Positions 42,001 through 51,147 of a stretch of 64,000 nt of DNA are shown piece after piece; within the stretch, counting starts at the first letter, position 1, and each line of letters opens with the position of its first letter. Made by a program: the position numbers and the translations under genes. Source of the DNA: an uncultured Roseburia sp. (lineage in GTDB: Bacteria > Bacillota > Clostridia > Lachnospirales > Lachnospiraceae); the NCBI GenBank assembly GCA_945836255.1, contig CAMAKU010000001.1, forward strand, positions 15,836-79,835, in the 5' to 3' direction. A model generated the notes under the pieces. It was not told where the DNA came from, searched no databases, and saw only the letters and a program-made list of their open reading frames with translations.

Positions 42001-43615
42001 GATAAATCGTGGTAGAAGTGACAATCTTCTCGCGGATAGAATCAATGGGCGGATTCGTCACCTGTGCAAACAATTGCTTGAAATAATTAAAGAGCGGCTG
42101 ATGCTCATTGGATAATACCGCAAGGGGTGTATCAATACCCATTGCCCCGATACCTTCTGCACCGTTAAGTGCCATGGGCAAAATCGAGGTCTTGAGATCC
42201 TCATAGGAATAGCCAAAGGCCTTCTGCAATTTGGCTCTTTCTTCCTTTGTATGAGTAGGTACGCGCTTATTCGGAATCTTCAGATCATGGAGATGTACCA
42301 GATTCTTATCCAGCCATTCACCATACGGCTGCTTTGTCGCGTACGCAGTCTTCAATTCGTCATCATCGATCAACCGGCCGGCCACGGTATCTACCAGCAG
42401 CATCTTGCCCGGCTTCAGACGATCCTTAGACTTGATCCGGCTCTCATCAATCGGCAGAACGCCTACCTCAGAGGAAAGGATCAGATAATCATCTTTTGTC
42501 ACATAGTAACGGGAAGGACGCAGACCGTTGCGGTCAAGCACTGCACCCATAATATCGCCATCGGAAAACAGGATGGATGCCGGGCCGTCCCATGGTTCCA
42601 TCATGGTGGCATAGTACTGATAGAAATCTTTACGTTCCTGATTCATGGCCTGATTGTTGCTCCACGGCTCCGGAATCGTCATCATCACGGCCAGGGGCAG
42701 CGGCAATCCATTCATAACAAGAAATTCCAGCGTATTGTCCAGCATAGCCGAATCCGACCCGGAAGTATTTACCACCGGTGTGATCTTGGACAATTCTGCC
42801 TCTAAGAAATCCGAATACATCGTCTCTTCTCTGGAAAGCATGCGGTCCGCATTTCCCTTGATGGTATTGATCTCACCGTTATGTACAATAAAGCGGTTCG
42901 GATGCGCCCGTTCCCAACTCGGGTTCGTGTTGGTAGAAAAACGAGAATGCACAATGGCAATGGCAGACTCGTAATCCTCATTATGCAAATCCGCAAAGAA
43001 GGTACGCAATTGTCCTACTAAAAACATTCCCTTATATACAATTGTTCTGCTGGAAAGAGACACCACATAGGTATTCTCACAAGTCTGCTCAAAGACACGA
43101 CGTGCCACATAGAGTTTGCGGTCGAAATCCAGACCCGCATTCACCTCCGCCGGCTTTTTGACAAAGCCCTGCATGATATACGGCATACAGTCGATTGCCT
43201 TTTTCCCGAGTACTTTTGGATTGGTCGGAACAGTTCTCCATCCCAGGAAATCCATCCCCTCCTTCTCCACAATGATCTCGAACATCTTCTTCGCCTGATT
43301 CCTGCTCAGTTCATCCTGCGGGAAAAAGAACATCCCCACACCGTACTCACGCTCGTCGCCTACCTCGATACCAAGTTTGGCGGCCTCTTTTGCGAAAAAC
43401 TTATGCGAAACCTGAAGCATGATACCAACGCCGTCGCCTGTCTTTCCTTCGGCATCTTTCCCGGCTCTATGCTCTAAGTTCTCCACAATCTTAAGCGCAT
43501 CCGATACAGTCTGATGCGTCTTAATCCCTTTCATACTTACAACAGCACCAATACCGCAGTTATCGTGTTCAAATTCCTGACGGTACAGTCCTTTTGTGTT
43601 CTTCTGGTTCTCCAT
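39074..43615 (-). CDS. gltB: Glutamate synthase large subunit
   Basis: EHDNCGIG, HSRFSTNT, EPWDGPA, QGAKPGEGG, CVMMRVCNLDTCPVG. Confidence 0.98.
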   Translation of the reverse strand: MENQKNTKGLYRQEFEHDNCGIGAVVSMKGIKTHQTVSDALKIVENLEHRAGKDAEGKTGDGVGIMLQVSHKFFAKEAAKLGIEVGDEREYGVGMFFFPQDELSRNQAKKMFEIIVEKEGMDFLGWRTVPTNPKVLGKKAIDCMPYIMQGFVKKPAEVNAGLDFDRKLYVARRVFEQTCENTYVVSLSSRTIVYKGMFLVGQLRTFFADLHNEDYESAIAIVHSRFSTNTNPSWERAHPNRFIVHNGEINTIKGNADRMLSREETMYSDFLEAELSKITPVVNTSGSDSAMLDNTLEFLVMNGLPLPLAVMMTIPEPWSNNQAMNQERKDFYQYYATMMEPWDGPASILFSDGDIMGAVLDRNGLRPSRYYVTKDDYLILSSEVGVLPIDESRIKSKDRLKPGKMLLVDTVAGRLIDDDELKTAYATKQPYGEWLDKNLVHLHDLKIPNKRVPTHTKEERAKLQKAFGYSYEDLKTSILPMALNGAEGIGAMGIDTPLAVLSNEHQPLFNYFKQLFAQVTNPPIDSIREKIVTSTTIYLGDSGNVLEEKEENCKMLRINNPILTNTDLLKIKNMDVEGFKVEVIPITYYKNTSLEKAIDHLYVEADRAHRDGANIIILSDRGVDENHVAIPSLLAVSALQQHLVQTKKRTSLSVILESGEPREVHHFATLLGYGASAINPYLAQESIQELIDLNMLDKDYYAAVDSYNEAVISGIIKIASKMGISTVQSYQGAKIFEAIGINEDVVNRYFKGTVSRIGGIGIEDIQRDVEMLHSQAFDPLGLHTDDTLESKGAHKMRSGKEEHLYNPQTIHLLQLSTRTGDYDTFKEYTALVNEEKDTVMNLRGLVDFKYPKKGINIDEVESVDDIVKRFKTGAMSYGSISKEAHETMAIAMNMLHGKSNSGEGGEEEERLTIGKDGYNRCSAIKQVASGRFGVTSRYLVSAQEIQIKMAQGAKPGEGGHLPGKKVYPWIAKTRLSTPGVSLISPPPHHDIYSIEDLAQLIYDLKNANKDARISVKLVSEAGVGTVASGVAKAGAQVILISGYDGGTGAAPRSSIHNAGLPWELGLAEAHQTLTMNGLRNKVIIETDGKLMSGRDVAIAAMLGAEEFGFATAPLVTMGCVMMRVCNLDTCPVGIATQNPELRKRFTGKPEYVVNFMRFIAQELREYMAKLGVRTVDELVGRTDLLEVKESARQGRYAKIDLSAILDNPYQKEAGKIDYHKKNVFDFGLQNTVDEKILLKQFKSALETGDKKGIRIDVTNTDRSVGTLFGAEITRRFGESLPEDTFTVQCNGAGGQSFGAFIPKGLTLELVGDSNDYFGKGLSGGKLVVYPPTGVTYKEDENIIIGNVALYGATSGKAYINGVAGERFCVRNSGATAVVEGCGDHGCEYMTGGRVVVLGQTGKNFAAGMSGGIAYVLDEDASLYRKLNKSMVSLEPVTDKYDVLELKQIITEHVAYTNSKKGKEIFDNFSEYLPKFKKIVPHDYKKMMMTIVQMEEKGLSSEQAQIEAFNALTK

Positions 43616-43852
43616 CTTCTTGTTCCTTTCTGCTGTCTGTCTTCCCAATCAAACAAATATAAATTTCATCTGTCGCCAACTAATATACAACTACTTTCAT
43701 CATTTGTAAACAACTTTTTTCATTTTATTGTCTGATAATATGACTATTTATTATTTGCTCATTTATTGTATATACTCTTTTATAAATTATCATTTCGTTT
43801 CGTTCAATTTGTGTGCGACTCAGAAACAGTTGTACGTCATACAAAACACTTT

Positions 43853-44488
43853 TTACAGAAAGCCTTTGACCCATGCTACCAGAAGCGGGTTGACATAACA
43901 TTCCAGATAGATACCACTGGCCAGCAATCCCAAAATTCCAAGAATATACAGTAGCAGCATCCCGATTTGGAACGGTTTGCTGGCGTTCATCTCCTCATAT
44001 CCCCTCAATTCTACGCGACGAACAAATAGCCAGTATAGGTAAACATACAGAATGCCGTAAATAAACCACTGGGGCATCAAGACGCTGATTGCCAAAATCA
44101 CCCCGGACACACCAAAGGACTGTATCATGGATAGCAGAAAAATCCCAAACACGCTTCCGGCAACAGCGCTGCACAGATAATAGAGCATTTTGCGAATTTT
44201 GGTAATACCACACAAGATTAGAAGCGAAAGAAGTTCCAGTCGCCGGATCAGCACATACCAGAGCATTTCCTTTTGATCGACCGCACTGGCGCCCATTCGT
44301 TCAATACAGGTTCTGCTCCAGCGTGCAATCGACTGCATATCCTCCCACAAAAGAATACGGCAGATCAGTATGGCAATAAAAAAAGACAAAAGAAAAATCC
44401 CGGTCTTACCTCTGAACAAGGAAACAGAGGCTATCCTGGGAAATCTCTTTTGTCTGTGATAAGCATCATAATAAAAACGATTTTTCAT
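43853..44488 (-). CDS. spoIIM: Stage II sporulation protein M-like membrane protein
   Basis: Multi-TM protein with PQW and ECYVNP motifs; downstream of nudF as in the usual nudF-spoIIM order. Confidence 0.75.
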   Translation of the reverse strand: MKNRFYYDAYHRQKRFPRIASVSLFRGKTGIFLLSFFIAILICRILLWEDMQSIARWSRTCIERMGASAVDQKEMLWYVLIRRLELLSLLILCGITKIRKMLYYLCSAVAGSVFGIFLLSMIQSFGVSGVILAISVLMPQWFIYGILYVYLYWLFVRRVELRGYEEMNASKPFQIGMLLLYILGILGLLASGIYLECYVNPLLVAWVKGFL

Positions 44489-44524
44489 AGAGATCGCATG
44501 TCCTGCTTGATAATCTTTACTTTC

Positions 44525-44553
44525 ATCTTATGAAAAATCACACCTTTTATAAC
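44525..44553 (-). promoter_or_regulatory. sigma-E promoter of spoIIM
   Basis: GTTATAA...CATAAGAT. Confidence 0.6.
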
Positions 44554-44580
44554 CGCAAATCCAATCATCCGAAAAACCAC

Positions 44581-45123
44581 TTAATGTGAAAGCCGTTTCA
44601 CCTGATACGCCAGTATCGCAGATACCGTCTTGGCATCCTGAATCGTACCGTCATAGATCTTTGCCAAGGCTTCCTGCATATCCCACGGCTGTACTTCAAT
44701 GGTTTCCGCATCATCCAGATGCTGTTCTCCCGGCTCCAGACCGGTTGCCAGATAAACATCTATAAACTCATCGCAAAAAGCCACCGTAGTACGCAGCGAA
44801 AGCAGCGGCTCCAGACAGTTGCTACGATAACCGGTCTCTTCCTCCAGTTCCCGTGCCGCACAAACAGCCGTATCCTCCTCCACCGAATCCCGGGAACCTG
44901 CAGGCACCTCCCAGGTCATGCGTTCCAAGGCATGGCGATACTGATGTACCAGTATAATCCTGCCATCATCCAACACCGGCAGTACCGCCGCTGCACCTTT
45001 TCGATGACTGATGAAATCCCAATCCTCCGTATGTCCATTCGGCAACCGCACCGTATCCGCATACACATCCAGGATGGCTCCCCGATGTATCAATTCTCTG
45101 TGTTCTAAAATTACATGATCCAT
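44581..45123 (-). CDS. nudF: NUDIX hydrolase (ADP-ribose pyrophosphatase)
   Basis: QYRH, EVPAG...CAARELEEETG, IQDAKT. Confidence 0.9.
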   Translation of the reverse strand: MDHVILEHRELIHRGAILDVYADTVRLPNGHTEDWDFISHRKGAAAVLPVLDDGRIILVHQYRHALERMTWEVPAGSRDSVEEDTAVCAARELEEETGYRSNCLEPLLSLRTTVAFCDEFIDVYLATGLEPGEQHLDDAETIEVQPWDMQEALAKIYDGTIQDAKTVSAILAYQVKRLSH

Positions 45124-45224
45124 AGCAATCTCCTTACATAACAAATTGTTGTAGGCACCACATGATGGTGTTGTGTCTTCCATATCCTTTATGTCTCTCC
45201 TATCCTTCCTATTTTCATATTTTA

Positions 45225-45253
45225 ATTATACTGTAAAAGTTCACCTATGGCAA
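45225..45253 (-). promoter_or_regulatory. sigma-A promoter of nudF
   Basis: TTGCCA-17-TATAAT. Confidence 0.75.
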
Positions 45254-45393
45254 AATTGCTGTTTTCCTGACTTTGTTTTCTTTGTCCCTCCACCCTGCAA
45301 ATCGAATTATGTCAAATTCCCGGCATTTATCAAGTTCCTGGCAATTTACTAAGTCCTTAGCATTATACCCCCACTAACTTCAACCGATTCTTT

Positions 45394-45550
45394 TACGGTT
45401 ATAATTTCCTTTTCCAGAATGTAACCGTATTCAAGTCTGCTCCCTTACGGTTGTTTTGCCTTTTTTCGGAATATAGCCGTAGCCCAGCCTACTCCCCTAC
45501 GGTTGTATTTCCCTTTTTTCGGAATATAACCGTAGCCCAGCCTGCTCCCC
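45394..45550. repeat. Three tandem ~52-bp units, each a TACGGTT...A(A/G)CCGTA inverted repeat plus a 16-bp linker
   Basis: Units start at 45394, 45446 and 45498. Confidence 0.9.
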
Positions 45551-45712
45551 TGCTTATCATAGAGTTCGGTAAAATCGTCCTTCAAAGAACTAGGCAAAAA
45601 AAGAAATATGTTTCCTATATACCGGCATCATGTACACACGCTTATGGCTTTCATCAGAATGAAAACTATCAACCAAATCGAGGCAAATTATACTTGTAAC
45701 TTTTGCCTAGCA

Positions 45713-45806
45713 CAGAGACGAGATACGCTCTCGCGAATCTCGCTCTGATTCGTGGTGGTCAAATGAACGTATGTGCAAGCACAACGTCTATTTTACTCGC
45801 CGCCAT
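45713..45806. repeat. Two adjacent REP-like imperfect palindromes
   Basis: CAGAG-CGAGAT...ATCTCG-CTCTG and GTGGTGG...AACGT-TGTGC-aa-GCACA-ACGT...CGCCGCCAT. Confidence 0.65.
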
Positions 45807-45809
45807 AAC

Positions 45810-45858
45810 AAAAAGACCAAGGCACTTCGAATGAAAACATCCAAAACACCTCGGCCTC
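45810..45858 (-). terminator. Terminator after rny
   Basis: GGCCGAGGTGTTTT...GAAGTGCCTTGGTC followed by TTTTT. Confidence 0.7.
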
Positions 45859-45876
45859 TATGAATACTATTAAAAT

Positions 45877-47424
45877 CTACTTCGCATAATCCGTCACTCT
45901 AGATTCGCGGATTACATTGACTTTAATCTGTCCAGGATAATCCAACTCGGACTCAATCCTCTTGGAAATATCCCGCGCCAACAATACCATCTCTGCATCG
46001 TTGACTTGTTCAGGAACTACCATAACCCGAACCTCTCTACCTGCCTGAATAGCAAAAGACTTTTCGACTCCCTTAAATCCATCGGTAATCTCTTCTAACT
46101 GTTGTAATCTGTTTGAATATGCTTCTAAGGTCTCACGTCTGGCCCCTGGTCTTGCAGCACTAATCGTATCTGCAGCCTGTACCAAACATGCAACCAACGT
46201 CTCTGGCTCTACATCTCCATGATGTGCCTCTACCGCATTAATAACTACCGGTGATTCCTTGTATCGCTTACACAATTCCACACCAAGTTGTACATGGGTA
46301 CCTTCCATCTCCCGGTCCACTGCCTTACCAATATCATGAAGCAGACCTGCACGCTTAGCCGTTCTGACATCTTCGCCGATCTCGGCTGCCAGAAGTCCAG
46401 CTAACTGTGCCACTTCGATGGAATGCTTTAACACATTCTGACCATAACTTGTACGATAACGCAACTTACCGAGCAGTTTGATCAATTCCGGATGGACGCC
46501 ATGAACGCCCACCTCTAATGTCGCCGCTTCACCTTCTTCGCGGATCAAAGTCTCAACTTCTTTCTGAGCCTTCTCTACCATCTCCTCAATTCTAGCTGGA
46601 TGAATTCTACCATCTACAATTAATTTCTCCAAGGCAATTCTAGCCACTTCACGTCTGACCGGATCAAATGCGGACAAAATCACGGCCTCCGGCGTATCGT
46701 CGATAATCAATTCTACACCGGTAAGGGTCTCTAACGTGCGGATATTACGTCCTTCACGTCCGATGATTCTTCCTTTCATTTCATCACTAGGAAGCTGAAC
46801 AACGGAAATCGTCGTCTCGGCAACATGATCTGCAGCACACTTCTGGATTGCGGTAACTACAATATCCTTTGCCTTCTTATTCGCTTCCTCTTTCGCCTGA
46901 GCGATCGATTCCTTGACCAATTTGGCTGTGTCAAGTTTCACATCTTCTTCAACAGTTTTTAAAAGTATTTCTTTCGCTTGTTCGGAGGTTAATCCTGAGA
47001 TTCTTTCTAGTTCCTGTACTCTCTGCTGGTTTAACTTTGCAACTTCTTCCTTCTGCTTGTTAACCGCCTGTTCCTTCGCAGTATACTCAGCCTCTCGCTT
47101 CTCCAAAGCATCTAACTTCTTGTCCAGATTCTCTTCCTTCTGAAGAATGCGATGCTCATTTCGCTGAATCTCTGCTCTGCGCTCACGAATCTCTTTCTCG
47201 AGTTCATTCTTCGTCTTCATAGACTCTTCCTTGGCCTCTAAAAGAGCTTCGCGCTTCTTCGTCTCTGCACTCTTCACAGCCTCATCGATAATCTCGCGAG
47301 CCTTCTCCTCTGCACTACCAACCTTCTTTGCTGCCGCATTCTTGTGGTATGCATTCGCGATTGCGAGAGACACTGGAACTGCAACGACTAACGTAACAAT
47401 CACTGCAATAATAATCGCAAGCAC
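45877..47424 (-). CDS. rny: Ribonuclease Y
   Basis: N-terminal TM, coiled coil, KH domain ([13 protein letters not shown]), HD domain (LLHDIGKA); own promoter TTGACA-17-TAAAAT at 47531-47503. Confidence 0.98.
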   Translation of the reverse strand: MLAIIIAVIVTLVVAVPVSLAIANAYHKNAAAKKVGSAEEKAREIIDEAVKSAETKKREALLEAKEESMKTKNELEKEIRERRAEIQRNEHRILQKEENLDKKLDALEKREAEYTAKEQAVNKQKEEVAKLNQQRVQELERISGLTSEQAKEILLKTVEEDVKLDTAKLVKESIAQAKEEANKKAKDIVVTAIQKCAADHVAETTISVVQLPSDEMKGRIIGREGRNIRTLETLTGVELIIDDTPEAVILSAFDPVRREVARIALEKLIVDGRIHPARIEEMVEKAQKEVETLIREEGEAATLEVGVHGVHPELIKLLGKLRYRTSYGQNVLKHSIEVAQLAGLLAAEIGEDVRTAKRAGLLHDIGKAVDREMEGTHVQLGVELCKRYKESPVVINAVEAHHGDVEPETLVACLVQAADTISAARPGARRETLEAYSNRLQQLEEITDGFKGVEKSFAIQAGREVRVMVVPEQVNDAEMVLLARDISKRIESELDYPGQIKVNVIRESRVTDYAK

Positions 47425-47527
47425 AGGAGCACCTCCTTTATTTAATTTTATTGTACATACAACACGTAAAACTAATTGTCTGCATATAAATACAACAATT
47501 AAATTTTATACTTTATTGATACGCTTG

Positions 47528-48145
47528 TCAAGCATCAGAATCCCAATCACAGCCACGTATCACACGGCTGATCTCTGCCGGCGGAAAGCCACGCTGCAAC
47601 AGGAATCGATACATCTTCGCCTGCTCCTCTCTGGTGGCGGTATCCGGGTCAAAATGACGCTTACGCATCAGCGAAATCATCAGTTGCGTCTGGGACTGCC
47701 GGAGTTCTTCTTCCATGCACCGCTCAATTATATCTGCCGAAATCCCCTTTCGCGCCAGATCCTGGGCCATCCGCCGCCTGCTCCTACCCTCCTGATGATA
47801 CCGAATAAAGGATCTTGCCAGACGTTCATCATCCAGATAATGATACGATGCCACATAGGAGATGGCCGCATCAACAGCCTCCTGGGGATAACCATTCTCT
47901 GCCAACTTCCCTCGCAACTGCTTCTCGCTACGATCCATCTTCTCTAAAAGATGCATCGCCCGCTTCGTCGCTCTGGGCACAAGAATCTCTTCTAAAATAC
48001 GCGCATATGTCTCCTCGGACAAATCCTCCCCCTCAGCAATCTGGTAGGTGGATAATTCCTTGTAATAGAGAACAAAGTCCGCCCCATTACTGAGGCAGAC
48101 CTTGTATCGATTGTTCTTCCATTTCTCAATTGATGTCACATCCAT
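47528..48145 (-). CDS. recX: Regulatory protein RecX
   Basis: RSEKQLRGKL, YLDDERLA, FLLQRGF; downstream of recA. Confidence 0.92.
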   Translation of the reverse strand: MDVTSIEKWKNNRYKVCLSNGADFVLYYKELSTYQIAEGEDLSEETYARILEEILVPRATKRAMHLLEKMDRSEKQLRGKLAENGYPQEAVDAAISYVASYHYLDDERLARSFIRYHQEGRSRRRMAQDLARKGISADIIERCMEEELRQSQTQLMISLMRKRHFDPDTATREEQAKMYRFLLQRGFPPAEISRVIRGCDWDSDA

Positions 48146-48162
48146 AATCAAATACCATCGGC

Positions 48163-49200
48163 TTATTCTGCCGTGTCAGCAGTGTGCTCTTCCTCTGCTG
48201 TCGTATCCGGTGTGAAATAGTGTTCCCGTACCTGTCCCTCGATCTCATCGCAGACTTCCGGATGCTCCTTCAGATACGCCTTAGCATTCTCACGTCCCTG
48301 ACCAATCTTCTCACCCTTGTATGCATACCATGCCCCAGACTTGTTCACAATGTCCAGGTCGGATGCAATATCCAGAATATCCCCTTCCTTGGAAATACCC
48401 TGCCCAAACATAATATCAAATTCTGCCTCACGGAAAGGCGGCGCAATCTTGTTCTTCACCACCTTGATTCTGGTGCGGTTACCAATCACTTCTCCCTGCT
48501 GCTTGATGGCCTCAATACGGCGCACATCCAGACGAACCGAAGAATAGAACTTCAGCGCACGTCCACCAGTGGTGGTCTCAGGATTACCAAACATAATACC
48601 AACCTTCTCACGCAACTGGTTGATGAAAATAACGATACAATTAGACTTGCTGATGACAGCAGTTAATTTACGCAACGCCTGGGACATCAGACGTGCCTGC
48701 AAACCCACATGGGAATCGCCCATATCACCGTCAATCTCCGCCTTCGGAACCAACGCTGCCACCGAATCCACAATCACAATGTCCACTGCCCCGGAGCGCA
48801 CCATTGTCTCTGTAATCTCCAATGCCTGCTCTCCGTTATCCGGCTGGGATATGTAGAGATTGTCAATATCCACACCAATATTCTTCGCATAAACCGGATC
48901 CAGCGCATGCTCTGCATCAATAAATCCAGCAATACCGCCGGCCTTCTGTACTTCTGCCACCGCATGCAGTGCCACCGTGGTCTTACCACTGGATTCCGGA
49001 CCGTAGATCTCAATGATTCGTCCCTTAGGAAGACCGCCCTGGCCAAGGGCAATATCAAGGCTCAGAGAACCTGTAGGAACTGTCTCCACCCGCATCTGGC
49101 TACTGGTGTCTCCTAACTTCATAACAGACCCCTTACCATACTGCTTCTCTATCTGGGAAATCGCTGCATCCAATGCCTTTAACTTATCTTCATTTGCCAT
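48163..49200 (-). CDS. recA: Recombinase A
   Basis: [28 protein letters not shown]. Confidence 0.99.
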   Translation of the reverse strand: MANEDKLKALDAAISQIEKQYGKGSVMKLGDTSSQMRVETVPTGSLSLDIALGQGGLPKGRIIEIYGPESSGKTTVALHAVAEVQKAGGIAGFIDAEHALDPVYAKNIGVDIDNLYISQPDNGEQALEITETMVRSGAVDIVIVDSVAALVPKAEIDGDMGDSHVGLQARLMSQALRKLTAVISKSNCIVIFINQLREKVGIMFGNPETTTGGRALKFYSSVRLDVRRIEAIKQQGEVIGNRTRIKVVKNKIAPPFREAEFDIMFGQGISKEGDILDIASDLDIVNKSGAWYAYKGEKIGQGRENAKAYLKEHPEVCDEIEGQVREHYFTPDTTAEEEHTADTAE

Positions 49201-49220
49201 AAAAACTCATCCTCCATTAT

Positions 49221-49234
49221 CGAACCTTTGTTCG
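49221..49234. promoter_or_regulatory. LexA (Cheo/SOS) box
   Basis: CGAAC-CTTT-GTTCG between promoter TTGACT-17-TACTAT and the recA SD. Confidence 0.9.
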
Positions 49235-49333
49235 TTTCTGTTACTATAGTATTATACTTTTTCGGAAAAGTCAACACAAAAAATCCCATTCCTTGTGCAT
49301 CTAATCACTGAGGGAAAACAAAAGAAAACGAAT

Positions 49334-49393
49334 AAAAAAGACAGTAGAGAATTCTACTGCCTTATTATATAAATCCGTTTTCTTTCTTGTCAA
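49334..49393 (-). promoter_or_regulatory. prfC terminator with an overlapping consensus sigma-A promoter
   Basis: TTGACA-18-TATAAT directly followed by AAGGCAGTAGA-attc-TCTACTGTCTTTTTT. Confidence 0.65.
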
Positions 49394-49461
49394 GAGAAAC
49401 TTCTCTGCCGTGCACAAACACAAACTTCTCTGTCATGCACGAGCACGCCTGATTCACAGTC

Positions 49462-51051
49462 CTAGTTCCGACCAAATTCAGACAGAATCAGTCCCTCGTT
49501 ACGTTCCAATGTCATGCCAACACTCCAACTGTTGACGAACAATAGCAGCGGACGCCCCTTTAGGTCTTTAATCTTTTTCATATCGGACGTACCGGAGATT
49601 TTATCCATGTCAATTTCCTCATTCTCAATCCAGCGAATATGCTCATAGGGCAGATTCTCCATGCGAATCTCCACATTATATTCGTTGTTCAGACGGTATT
49701 TGAGCACATCAAACTGCAACACCCCCACAACGCCCACAATGATCTCTTCCATTCCGGTATTGTATTCCTGAAAAATCTGAATGGCGCCCTCCTGAGCAAT
49801 CTGGGTAATCCCTTTCATGAACTGCTTCCGTTTCATGGTGTCCACCTGACGCACACGGGCAAAATGTTCCGGTGCAAAAGTAGGAATTCCGGCAAATGCA
49901 AAATGCTCTTTTCCGCTGACAAGGGTGTCACCGATGGAGAAAATACCGGGATCAAACACGCCGATAATATCCCCTGCATATGCCTTGTCAACAATCTTTC
50001 GCTCCTGGGCCATCAACTGTTGCGGCTGAGACAATTTGATGGTCTTATTGCCCTGTACATGAAAGACTTCCATACCCGCATCAAATTCACCGGAGCAGAT
50101 GCGCATAAATGCAATACGATCCCGATGTGCTTTATTCATGTTCGCCTGAATCTTAAAGACAAAGGCAGAAAAATCCGGTGAAAACGGGTCAATCGCTCCC
50201 GCATCCGACATCCGTGGCAACGGCGCACTGGTCATCTGCAAAAAATGCTGTAAAAAAGTCTCCACACCAAAGTTAGTCAGCGCTGATCCAAAGAACACCG
50301 GAGAGAGTTCCCCTTTTGCCACAAGATCCAGATCAAATTCCGCGCTTGCGCCGTCCAGCAATTCAATCTCATCCAACAGACGATTCTTATTCTCCTCACC
50401 AATCTCATCCAGCAAGGCATCGTCATCAATATCAATGATCTTTTCCGTGCCTTCCTTGGTTCCTTTCAGGGTATCGGCAAAGGTACGCACCTGCCTGGTA
50501 TTCCGATCATACACACCCTTGAAGCCCTTACCGGACCCAATGGGCCAGTTCACCGGACAAGTGGCTATCCCCAGTTCTTTTTCAATATCATCCAACAACT
50601 CAAAGGTATCGTTGGCATCGCGATCCATCTTATTGATAAAGGTAAAAATCGGAATATGGCGCATCACACAGACCTTGAATAATTTTCTCGTCTGCGCCTC
50701 CACACCTTTGGATGCGTCGATGACCATGACAGCAGAATCCGCCGCCATCAGCGTACGATACGTATCCTCCGAGAAATCCTGATGTCCCGGTGTATCCAGA
50801 ATATTGATACAATATCCGTCATAGTGAAACTGTAATACAGAAGATGTGACAGAAATACCTCTTTCCTTTTCAATCTCCATCCAGTCAGAGACCGCATGTC
50901 TCGCCGTGGCCTTTCCCTTAACAGAACCGGCCAGATTGATGGCGCCACCATACAGCAGAAATTTCTCTGTCAACGTGGTCTTTCCTGCATCCGGGTGGGA
51001 AATAATGGCAAATGTCCTTCTTTTTTCGATCTCTTTTTGTAATTCTGACAC
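49462..51051 (-). CDS. prfC: Peptide chain release factor 3
   Basis: ISHPDAGKTTLTEK, DWMEIEKERGIS, DTPGHQDFSEDTYR; GTG start after GGAGG (alternative ATG 51066). Confidence 0.97.
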   Translation of the reverse strand: MSELQKEIEKRRTFAIISHPDAGKTTLTEKFLLYGGAINLAGSVKGKATARHAVSDWMEIEKERGISVTSSVLQFHYDGYCINILDTPGHQDFSEDTYRTLMAADSAVMVIDASKGVEAQTRKLFKVCVMRHIPIFTFINKMDRDANDTFELLDDIEKELGIATCPVNWPIGSGKGFKGVYDRNTRQVRTFADTLKGTKEGTEKIIDIDDDALLDEIGEENKNRLLDEIELLDGASAEFDLDLVAKGELSPVFFGSALTNFGVETFLQHFLQMTSAPLPRMSDAGAIDPFSPDFSAFVFKIQANMNKAHRDRIAFMRICSGEFDAGMEVFHVQGNKTIKLSQPQQLMAQERKIVDKAYAGDIIGVFDPGIFSIGDTLVSGKEHFAFAGIPTFAPEHFARVRQVDTMKRKQFMKGITQIAQEGAIQIFQEYNTGMEEIIVGVVGVLQFDVLKYRLNNEYNVEIRMENLPYEHIRWIENEEIDMDKISGTSDMKKIKDLKGRPLLLFVNSWSVGMTLERNEGLILSEFGRN

Positions 51052-51147
51052 AACACATTCCTCCATGTATCTTACAAATCCATCGCTTGCTTACATATCA
51101 CAAACGAAATTAGTTTATCTTACTTACGTGTCCCTTGTCAAGTGAGG

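Noticed and set aside
45284-45296. SAM-I-like GGTGGAGGGAC fragment on the minus strand
   Set aside because: The rest of the S-box consensus is absent and it lies upstream of the nudF promoter
45394-45550. CRISPR array
   Set aside because: Spacers are only 16 bp and similar to each other, the repeats are divergent, and there are no cas genes or leader
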